DNA of 64,000 nt from NCBI RefSeq assembly GCF_009914755.1, contig NC_060926.1. The stretch is one strand, 5' to 3'. The stretch comes from the human T2T-CHM13v2.0 reference genome, Homo sapiens. Below the pieces are notes generated by a model. That model was not told the DNA's origin, searched no databases, and was given only the letters and a program-made list of their open reading frames with translations. How positions within the stretch are numbered: the first letter of the stretch is position 1; the number at the start of each line of letters is the position of its first letter. A program made the position numbers and the translations under genes. Positions 53,233-64,000 of the stretch are shown in pieces.

Positions 53233-54839
53233 GTCATACTAACATTTAGGACTTAAACTTTTTATTTTGGAAATCTTCAGAAATGTAAAAAAAGCACAGA
53301 TAAATTCTTAGGGACTCAGCTTCCACAACCAGTATTTTTACGTGTCTTGCTTCATCAAATTCCCTTCATCTACCACCACCACCGCCCCTTGCCCCACTAC
53401 ACATGTTCACTCTTTCCCTCACCTCCGCCCAGATTATTTTAAAGAAAATCTCAGACACATTATTTTACTCATTAAGCACTTGAGCCTGTAACTTTTGCCT
53501 CTTTTTGCCAGTGCATCTGTGAATCTACATAGATAACTGTAGATTTAAAGTTTATAATAGCCAAAGAAAAGGCATTGGGATGATGATGGTGGTGAGAGGA
53601 AAAAGAAAAGTACATACGAGAAGTATTGACAGGAATACACTGAATTTTATAGTTAGAAATGGAGATTTTTGTGCGTGCGTGTGTGTGTGTCTTGGCAATT
53701 TGGTAAGGGAATTGGTGTAGAGAGAGCAGAGGATTGAAAAAGCCACTAAAAACAGTAGCTGACATATGGCATAAGGGATGTTGGTTCCTAACACTTTTTT
53801 TCTGTCTTCATAGCTGACGTCTATCAAATAGTCCTGAGGGTGCGAAGACTAATGTTTTAGCTGAAGCTATTTTTTTTTGTCTTGAATATTATGCCTTTGT
53901 CAGAAATATGTAGTTAATAAGTTATAATTTACTTTTTATCATTTCCAGTACAACTGTCTTACAGTATTTTATCCAAAGACTTTAGGATACTCCAAATTTT
54001 TGAAAATTTGATAAACATGTTTAGTAAGACATTGTTATTTGAAATCTCATTTGTACTAGTTTCCTCAAAACTGTAGAAGATGCCATCCTACAAAACTCAA
54101 TTCAAGCATTTCTGTCTTCCAGAAATCCTTTTCTGATACCTCAGCCTTGTTATAATACTGACAAACGTTACTGAAATTTGTTTTTTTTCTGTTAGATTGT
54201 TGGCACTTTGGCTATAGGAACGCAACTGTATTTTATTTGGCTTTGAAACTAAAAAGTAGCCTGGTGACTGTCATGTTAGGCTCTCAGAAGATATTTAATA
54301 CATTGAGTGAATAATTCTGAGCTTACTCCTTTCCACTAAAAACAAAAAGGGGAAAAAGAAGGGTCTGTTAGGATGTATCTCCTCACCCCACCCCACAGTG
54401 GCATGCAGGATTTAGATGGAAACTTGTAAGAAGGAAATTTGTGACCTACTGTCATTCCCAATTAAATGTTCCTGCCTGCCAATAAGTAAAACAGAAACAA
54501 CAAAAATCAGTGTTTAGCAAAATTGAGATGTATGGAAGTGATCGAGTAGAAGGCATTAGGCATGTAGCAGTGTAGGAGAGCCAGTAGCTAAAAATTAAAT
54601 GGAATAGAAGAGAGATTAGATTGTCTCCTAACCATGTGAATTGAGGCCTTAAAAATGTAGATTCTGACACCCCTAAATAGAATTTCTTAACCTTTTTGGG
54701 TCATAGACCTTTTTGACAAGTAGATGACAGACTCTTATAGTTTGAATTTGAATTTTCTGCTTTCTGCTCCCCTCTCCCCACCAAAAAAACTCACGTTTTC
54801 CTGTTGTATCACACCATCTCCTGTTAAAATTAACAGCTT

Positions 54840-55111
<272 letters not shown>

Positions 55112-55927
55112 CTACTTTTAGTATCCAAATTCTGAAACTCTCTCCAACCCAGAATAATTTTCCTATCTTTTTTGTATGGATTCTGATTCTGGTCATTAAA
55201 AGCCTTTACGTAGTAGTGTCCCTTTTTCTGAGGGAGATACGTTCTAAGGACCTGCCAGTGGATGCTGAAAATACAGATGTACTATAGTTTATTTGACCAG
55301 TTTCCAGTCTCTCTGCAAGCTTTTATAATTGCAGAAGCATGAAAAGGGAAGTTTTCAAGAGATTTCTAACTATATATTGTATCATTTTGGTTACCCTAAT
55401 TTCATGAGATACTAGCTCCATCTTAAAAAGTAGAGTGTTAGCTATATGAAGGAGAGATCTGTTCTGGCTGTAATATCTTTGGTCAGTAATTATTTTGTAT
55501 GAATAAAGGCTGAATTTGAACTTATTCTCTAGATTTATTGCTAAGAAAACTTTCTCAAAATTTCTTGGGAGTACTTAACATTTAAAAAACTGTCTTGAAT
55601 GGCCTGATACTTAATCTTGTAATTTTATTCCCTTGAATTGATTGAGAAGGACATACATAAAAGTTAAGTGACAAAGTAGAAGTGCTGTTGGTGGGGCACC
55701 TAAGTTAAATTTGAAAAAATAAGGCTTCAGAATTATGTAATTGCAAAAGGAAACTATAATACCTTATAAATAGAAAGCTTGAAGTATAAATAACAAGCAT
55801 CCTTTTAGTTAAAACATTTTATTTGGAGTGGATATGAATGGTAGAAGACAAACTTTGCTAAATGATTAAAAATGTAGCTAACCTTTTTAATTAAAAGTGA
55901 AAATTGTGCAAATGAAATATGAGTATA

Positions 55928-56243
55928 CAGTAGTCTCCCCTTATCCATGGCTATACTTTCTGCAGTTAGTTACCTGTAGTCAACCACCATCCAAAAATAG
56001 GTGAGTATGGTATGAGAATGACATTTTGAGAGCAACCACATTCATAAAACTTTCATTATGCTATATTTTAATTATTTTTAATTGTTAATCTCTTACTGTA
56101 GCTGATTTATAAATTAAATGTTATCACAGGTATGGATATATAGGAAAAAACACAGTATATATAGGATTTAGTACCATCTATGGTTTCAGGCATCCATTGG
56201 GGATCTTAGAATGCATCCACCTCAGAGAAGGGGTGACCATTAT
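55928..56243. mobile_element. MER44-like (Tigger7-derived) MITE
   Basis: TA-CAGTAGTCTCCCCTTATCC start and a matching degenerate inverted end. Confidence 0.75.
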
Positions 56244-56349
56244 ACTCCTTAAATTTCATTCACAAAGAAAAGGTAACATAATGCTTACTTTTTTTAACCA
56301 TTGAAGATATGTTATTTGGCATATAGGTCATAGGCAGATATTTTATTTA

Positions 56350-56758
56350 TATGAATTTTTTGAGACAGTGTCTGCTTTGCCACCTAGGCTGGAGTACAGT
56401 GGTGGAAACAGCTCAGTGCAGCCTTGACATCCTGAACTCAAGCAGTCCTACCACCTCAGCCTCCTGAGTAGCTAGTTGGAAAAAACCAACATGCTTGGTT
56501 TTTTCATTTTTGTAGAGATGAGGTCTCACCATGTTGCCCAGGCTGGCCTCGAACTCCTGGGCTCAAAGCAGTCCTCCTGCCTTGGCCTCCCAAAGTATTG
56601 GGATTACAGGTGTGAGCCACCTGTATTTTTTTTTGTAGAGACAGGATTTTGTCATGTTGCCCAGGCTGGTCTTGAACCCCTGGGCTCAGAGCAGTCGGCC
56701 TGCCTTGGCCTCCCAAAGTGCTAGGACTACCGGCGGGAGTGAGCTACCTCACCTGGCC
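56350..56758 (-). mobile_element. AluJ with a duplicated left arm
   Basis: Two successive tttgtagaga...gcccaggctgg...cccaaagt units (56508-56622 and 56625-56758). Confidence 0.85.
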
Positions 56759-57693
56759 TCTCATAGACTTTAATATGCTAATAGACATTGTTCCCCTCTA
56801 AAAGGCAAGTATGGTGGCCTTCAAACTTTCTTGGCCAGGCAACATCTTTGTAGAAGACCACTCTTAGAGTACTCTAGTATTCTGGAGAATACAGTTTGTC
56901 AGGGGCAGTTGTCTTAACCTTCTATAAATGTGTACTTGAATCATTGTAATGCAATGTTGGGCACATTAGGAAATACACAGTACATTTTTGCCTTTAAGGA
57001 ATTTTAAATGGAGATTGTTCCAAATGATACTTATTCACAATTCCATTTAGTAATTAGATCACTCTGATTGAAATTTGTTCTTTTGCTGTTTTATTTTGGG
57101 GGAGAAACATTATTTGAAAGAGCTTGTGCTTATGAAGTTATAAGAGGAGTCTTCACCAAATGGAATAAGTGGTTCAGAAAGCATTGTAATAACTACATGA
57201 TAAACTGCTTACATAAGCAATGCGTATCTTTTAGGATTGGGTGAAGACAGTTGTTTTTGGAAGATATTTTATTATGTAGAAGGTAGGCACAATTTCATAT
57301 GATTCATGATTGTTTAAAAAGACCGTGAGTTTGTTACAAATGAACTTTTTAACAGAATGTAGGTATCATTGTTTGGTAAGCTTGTGTCTGCAGCTTGTAT
57401 CTGGTGAATCAAAAGCCTGTGTATTTGATGTGTTTTTGTGTTTCATTCTAATTTGAAAATTAACCTGTGCATGTTACTAATGAGTACTTTGGATGTGACC
57501 AGATAGTTTAACAAATACTTGAGGATCTTTTGAGTAGGAGTAGGGTTTATATGCTTGGGGGATAAGACTTAGCCATGAACATAAACCTTCAACTGACATT
57601 AGGTTGTTGAAAAAGACCATGTGTGTATGAGTGCAAAAACATAAGATAGTAAGAATCCAAAAATGGTGCAAGCAATAAATAAAGGTTATTGAA

Positions 57694-57997
<304 letters not shown>

Positions 57998-58769
57998 TTA
58001 TTGGAAGACTCACTCTTGGCATTGGTAGTCAAGGGAGGTTGAATGGGGGTGACCTTGAAGGATGAATAAAGTCAGGTGAGCGTCCAGGGCAAGGTTTGTT
58101 TTTGATTGGAAGAGATGAAGAGATTTGGGAAGAATAGGAACAAAGGCATAGCAAAAATACCTGTCTGATAAAATTAGAGAGATTGGTTAGATTGGTTGGA
58201 CCTTAAACAATAAAGCTAAGAAATGAAGGGAATGAGATATTTGTGGATTTTTGAACAGAGGAGTTGTGTGGTGAAAATGTCCTTTTGCAAAGGTTAAATG
58301 TGGTGGCAGCATGCAAAATGATTGGAGGGAAGGGTGTTAACCAGATAAAGACCATTTTCCCAGCCAAATTAACAATTACTAACATTATATATAAATAGAG
58401 AAAAGTGTATAGTAAAGTAACGGATGAAATTGTGGCTTGAACCAGACAGTGATGGTTAGCAAATAGGATCCATGATGTTGATGTTTATAACAATTGTAGA
58501 TGCCTCAAGACCTCACATTTTCCACCATGCATTTCAATCACACATAAAAGTGAGGTCCTGATAGCACCAGCATAGTCTATATGCTCATACATTTTTTAAT
58601 TGTAGAAAAGGCAAGTTGTGTGGCTGCTGACCTTGGTCCTGAATGGTAGCTAAAGTACTGTTTTCTGAGAAGAGTGTTGAAGGGGGTAGTACAGTCTGAT
58701 GGGCTGGTCAGCAACCAGTTTTAACTAATAAAGTGCCTGGAAACTGTAAGTTACTTTTACTCACATCTG

Positions 58770-58995
58770 TTAATGGTTAAGAGCACAGATTACTGGACCA
58801 GATAACCTTGAATACAAATCTCAGCACAGTCACTTTTCTTTGTAAGTTACTTTACCTGTGTGTGCCTTAGTGTCTTCCTCTGTAAAACTGTACATATCTC
58901 AGGACTGTTGTGAGCATCAAATGACCCATTCCATTTAAAGTTCATAGAACGCTGACTGACACGTGGACAGTGCTCTATATAGTTAATCATTATTG
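58770..58995 (+). mobile_element. MIR
   Basis: aatggttaagagcacaga...gtgccttagtgtcttcctctgtaaaa...ggactgttgtgagcatcaaatga. Confidence 0.78.
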
Positions 58996-59701
58996 TCATC
59001 CATATATATTCGTCCATACTGCGTCTATGGATGGAATCCAAGGGAAGGGTTACTGGTTTTGTTATGTATTATGTTCTGTGTTATAACGAATTCCATGCCA
59101 TTGCATACTGTTTTCTTAGACTCTGTAGTCAGGTTATTGGCAACAAATTTTTATCTTACAAGAAACAACTATTTAATAATAGGAACATAAGTGTAGTTTA
59201 ATTGCCCTATGGGATTTATTAGATGTCAAGGCTGATTCCAAGGAAGATTGTGTTTTACAAAAATGGGTCTTTTAGGCTTACAGTTCTTACTTTCATTATT
59301 TGTATATCTGATAACATGCGTATTAAATGTGTGCATTTATAAGTATTTTAATGCCTTCATCTTTTTTTTCCCCAGTATTACAGCGTGAAATAAATTCCCA
59401 GTATTTTTCAAGATTATGTAAAAGGAGTTGTAATTACTGCTCAGCACCTAGGACAGCACCCAGTGCAACACAATGTACATGAACTCTGGCTTGAGGTTTG
59501 GGGCTTGTGTTCTGCATTCAGGAAAGAAAAGAAGAGAAAGTTTTTGGGAAATTTAAATCTTCGTAAGCCCTTACTCTAAAAGTATATGAAATGCAGAATG
59601 GTTTCATGGCTTTATTTCAAAATGTTTTACACTGGCTGTAGAACCCACTTCATGAAGTAGTTTGAGTTAAAATGATCTAATATTTGTGTTTTAACTTTCA
59701 G

Positions 59702-59903
59702 CTTTGTGTTATTCTTGGAAAATTTCGCACCACTTGTGAATTCCTTGAACCTGGGCATTGCAAACCCACTTCTGTTGGGCCCATCTCCTTTGCACTTTGC
59801 TCAGATTAAGACTCAGTTGGCGCTTCAGCAGCTGAATGCCGTTGCCTCACATGGTTCAACACCACCTTATACTTTATTAAATCAGGCTTTCTTGAAAATA
59901 GCC
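59702..59903 (+). other. ZNF638: 5' part of ZNF638 exon 2: nominal 5'UTR, but open and in frame with the CDS (candidate N-terminal extension)
   Basis: Acceptor ttttaactttcAG at 59700-59701 with a CTAAT branch-like motif about 25 nt upstream. No in-frame stop between the acceptor and ATG 59904. Confidence 0.85.
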
Positions 59904-61220
59904 ATGTCGAGACCCAGGTTTAATCCTCGAGGAGACTTTCCACTTCAAAGGCCACGAGCACCTAACCCTTCTGGGATGAGGCCTCCAGGACCATTTATGA
60001 GGCCTGGATCTATGGGTCTCCCAAGATTTTACCCAGCAGGGAGAGCACGTGGAATTCCACACAGATTTGCTGGCCATGAATCTTATCAGAACATGGGGCC
60101 ACAGAGAATGAATGTTCAGGTAACTCAACACAGAACTGATCCAAGATTGACCAAAGAAAAACTGGATTTTCATGAAGCACAACAGAAGAAGGGGAAGCCT
60201 CATGGTAGCCGGTGGGATGATGAGCCTCATATATCTGCATCAGTGGCAGTGAAACAGAGTTCTGTAACACAGGTTACAGAGCAGAGTCCCAAAGTACAGA
60301 GCCGCTATACAAAAGAGAGTGCCTCAAGTATCTTAGCAAGTTTTGGATTATCTAATGAAGACCTAGAAGAACTTAGTCGCTATCCTGATGAACAACTAAC
60401 TCCTGAAAATATGCCATTAATTTTGAGGGATATAAGAATGCGAAAAATGGGGCGCCGATTACCTAATTTACCTTCTCAGAGCAGAAATAAAGAAACACTT
60501 GGTAGTGAAGCAGTTTCAAGTAATGTGATCGATTATGGGCATGCAAGCAAATATGGCTACACAGAAGATCCACTTGAAGTACGTATTTATGATCCTGAAA
60601 TTCCAACTGATGAGGTCGAGAATGAATTTCAGTCACAGCAGAACATTTCTGCATCTGTTCCCAATCCAAATGTGATATGTAATTCTATGTTTCCTGTTGA
60701 AGACGTATTTCGCCAAATGGACTTCCCCGGTGAGTCCTCCAATAATCGGTCCTTTTTCTCAGTTGAGAGTGGAACCAAGATGTCAGGCTTACACATTTCA
60801 GGAGGACAGTCAGTCCTTGAACCCATAAAATCCGTCAACCAATCCATTAACCAAACAGTTAGCCAGACAATGAGTCAATCTCTGATTCCTCCATCTATGA
60901 ACCAGCAACCTTTTTCGTCGGAATTAATTTCATCTGTAAGCCAGCAAGAGCGGATCCCACATGAACCTGTGATTAATTCATCTAACGTACATGTTGGATC
61001 AAGAGGAAGTAAAAAGAATTACCAGTCACAGGCTGACATTCCCATTCGGTCTCCCTTTGGTATTGTGAAAGCATCCTGGCTACCAAAGTTTTCACATGCT
61101 GATGCCCAGAAGATGAAGAGACTTCCAACTCCTTCTATGATGAATGATTATTATGCAGCATCTCCAAGAATATTTCCACATTTGTGTTCTCTGTGTAACG
61201 TAGAATGTAGTCATTTGAAG
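59904..61220 (+). CDS. ZNF638: ZNF638 (NP220) first coding exon, residues 1-439 from the canonical ATG; CDS continues beyond the window
   Basis: Translation [20 protein letters not shown]... matches the recalled ZNF638 N-terminus. It contains the Matrin-3-like block [35 protein letters not shown] and the first half of a matrin-type zinc finger ([15 protein letters not shown]). It ends at a consensus donor AAG|GTGAGT (61220/61221), phase 0. Confidence 0.96.
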
Positions 61221-63143
61221 GTGAGTGTTTTTAAAAAAAGATCACTGTATAATGATGCTCAGCGCCAGTTTTCTCTAAATTCTGATATGTATGCTGCTTG
61301 TTAACTAGGCGTTAAGGAAATGGCAGAAGGTAATTTTAATTGCAACCTCAATACATAGTTGTAATCTTAAGTAGCCCTGGCCTTAGTACTGAATTGAATT
61401 TTAGGCTTACTGTATTCCTATGACCGGGCACACCATATTTTAGTAGTGTGTCCATTTATTTTGAACTTTTAGTTATCCCACTTACGCAACATAAAATTTA
61501 TGTAACATAAGCTGCGTACTTACAAGACAATGTCACATGGAATCACCTTTCTCTAAAAGGATCTGTTAGTATAAAAATACAAAGAGATGGTATAACCCAT
61601 TTGTAATGCACACATTTAAGAGACAGTATATTATAGCCTTGCACATATACACCTGTCTTGGGATAAAGACAATTAATGTTGATTTAAATATTTCCTGACT
61701 TTATGTAGACTAGTGATTTTTAGTATTTTTTGAGAAGAAGCTTTCTAAAATAACTTCATAGCAAAAATAAGTCAAGGTGCAGTAATTATTCTGGGACCAG
61801 CTGTGGACTCAGAAAATAGTGTAAAATGATAGAAATTTGTAGAGAAAAATCTTTAAAAAATAAAGATGATTTAGGTAGTTTGATAGTATAGTTAGAAGGA
61901 AGTATTTTGCAGAGGCAGTGAAGTGTACTATAATGTAGAACATACTGTTCAGTCGTAATCATTGGTAGATTTGAGCAGGAATTTCCAAGTAAATTTTATT
62001 TACTTACGTATGGTTGGCAATCACTGTTTCTTCTATTTACTAATGTGATTTATAGATTTAGATTGTAAAGGGTCAGAAGAGAATATACTAACATGGGAAA
62101 AAGCTTTGATTCAAGGCCATGGCCTGGAATTGGTTGTATACTTAGGCTTAAAAATCTGTGTGTTAACGCTCTTGTTCTTTTCTTCCAGTGCTGCCTTTCG
62201 ATTTTCTTTTCATTATTTACTCACTAGGTTTTCGTCAACATGAATCTGATAATTAGATCTGTTGGTATTTTCTTAAGGTTAACTCCAGCAAAAGAAAGCA
62301 GCATTCTACCCCATTTTAGCCAGATGTGCCAAATTCTATTAAAATAATAGTTGCCTTATTCCATCAGAAGGGATAGCAAAGTCCTTACAAGGGAAAGTCT
62401 TAGAATAATTCATATCACCTAATTGTAATCTGTAAGTAGCCCTGGCCTAAGTAGTGAATTGAGTGTTTGTCTGTATTCTTGTGACTGGGCATACCACATA
62501 ATTTTTTTTAATTGATTTTGAACTTTTAATTAATCATAATGAATCCAAGAAAATACATCTTTAAATAAAGAACTTGAAGTTTTGTATTCTGTAGAGTAGA
62601 AAAGGTGTACATTTAATTTAGTATGTACTTATGGATACCAGTTTTGTACTTGACTCCAATTAGGTACTGGGGCAGAAATGAGGAACTGTGTAAAATTTTA
62701 GATGTTATTAAGCAGTTTATTCAGTCTTATTGGGGAGAAAAATTATGCTCCCAAGACATTTAAAACAATTAGAAGACAACAAGTGGTTTTGTGATTGATT
62801 TAACTTGTTTGGATATGCTGTAGGGGACAGAGATTTCTGTCTTGATTTCAGGCATGTATCACTCAGGCCAGCATCATCAATTTACCAATTTAATCATTAC
62901 CAATTTGCCAATTTAATTATTTTAACTATTGTATTTGTAACAGTATGTGTTTAAAAATAAGTATAAATATGCATCCTGACATCAAAAGACTTTTATAGCC
63001 TAGTTAGACTAATGGAATGTCAGTTACTAAATGCACTAAGTCTGTCTTGACTAGAATGATGTGGGAGAGAAGACTTCATGGAGTAGGTTGAAGATGGGTC
63101 TTGAATTGAGGCTTTAGATATGCCTGTATAAAGAGGAGGAGGG

Positions 63144-63459
63144 GGCCGGGCACAGTGGCTCACTGCCTGTAATCCCAGCACTTTGGGAGGCCGAGACAGG
63201 TGGATCACCTGAGGTCAGGAGTTCAAGACCACCCTTACTGACATGGTGAAATCCTGTCTCTACTAAAAATACAAGAATTAGCCGGGTGTGGTCATGCGCA
63301 CCTGTAATTCCAGCTACTCAGGAGGCTGAGGCAGAGAATCGCTTGAACCCAGGAGGCAGAAGGTTGCAGTGAGCCGAGATCGCGCCGCTGCACTCCAGCC
63401 TGGGTGACAGAGCGAGACTCCATCTCAAAAAAAATAAAAAAAATAAAAAAAAAAAAAAG
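63144..63459 (+). mobile_element. AluS in intron 2
   Basis: Alu consensus; flanking repeat AAGAGGAGG. Confidence 0.92.
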
Positions 63460-64000
63460 AAGAGGAGGGTTGGCGGCAACAACATACAGAGAGGCAGAGG
63501 TCCGGAGAGAAGACTACATTTCATTGTGGTAGGAGGCAGTTGGGAAAGAGTGATGAGCGTATTAGAAATAAGTACGAAAGGCTTTGAAGAGCTAGCCTAG
63601 GAGTTTAGACTTGAGGTGAGAGGCATTAGAAAGCTAAATAAGTTTGTTGATAAGTGAAGTGACATGTTGGAAGTATATTTTAGGGAGATCTGACTGAAGT
63701 ATGCAGGGTAAATAGAAATGAGATGATGTGGAGTAGGACTTCCACTTGGAAGCTTCTTTAATTGTTCAAGTATAAGATGGTAAAAACCTGGGTTAATAGG
63801 ATAAAAGTAAAAATTTGAGAGGAAAGGAAATCATTTAGTCATCATTAGAGCTCACCTAGATAGATTGCCATTAAAAAACAGACACACCTTTTAACAGCAC
63901 AACAGAATGGGGCTCATCTAAGTAATGAATTTTTCACTACTAAGTGACCAAATGATAGGGATTTGTGAAGATGGATTTCGATGGTACACACTGCCTCTCG

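Noticed and set aside
59877-60847. Antisense ORFs over exon 2
   Set aside because: Shadow ORFs of the ZNF638 coding strand.
61221-61304. Last 27 codons of the 532-aa ORF ([10 protein letters not shown]...)
   Set aside because: They lie past a consensus AAG|GTGAGT donor that splits the zinc finger, so this is intronic run-on and relevant only if the intron is retained.
61374-61435. tRNA or Y RNA identity, or an 18S rRNA target, for the duplicated intron-2 hairpin
   Set aside because: No cloverleaf or A/B boxes and too short for Y RNA. A recalled 18S complement (GGAACUGAGGCCA) would place C rather than U at the modification position.

Overview
Primate (human-like) genomic DNA containing the 5' end of ZNF638 (NP220; Matrin-3/RBM20 family) on the + strand. 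The gene was recognised from its protein sequence from memory, without a database search. Positions ~1-42.5 kb are almost all repeats: about 30 Alus, old L1M fragments, a full-length TSD-flanked L1PB with a nested MER9 solo LTR, a near-complete Tigger2 with perfect TIRs, and MLT1/MIR/L2/MER5A pieces. A CpG-island promoter with NRF1, ETS and YY1 motifs and a short first exon lie at ~42.6-43.5 kb. A ~16.8-kb intron follows, then a 1519-nt exon 2 (59702-61220) carrying the canonical ATG at 59904. Main observation: the 202 nt of nominal 5'UTR in exon 2 are stop-free and in frame with ZNF638. They translate into a peptide resembling the leucine-rich N-terminal region of the paralogue RBM20, and include a CUG in strong Kozak context at 59751, which points to an N-terminally extended ZNF638. 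Other observations: an exon-1 AUG separated from this frame by one TAG, depending on which of two tandem donors is used; out-of-frame uORFs; a duplicated H/ACA-snoRNA-like element in intron 2; and a tiny TSD-flanked retrocopy. Nearly all other ORFs in the track are Alu/L1/Tigger artefacts. Repeat subfamilies and boundaries were judged by eye and are approximate.
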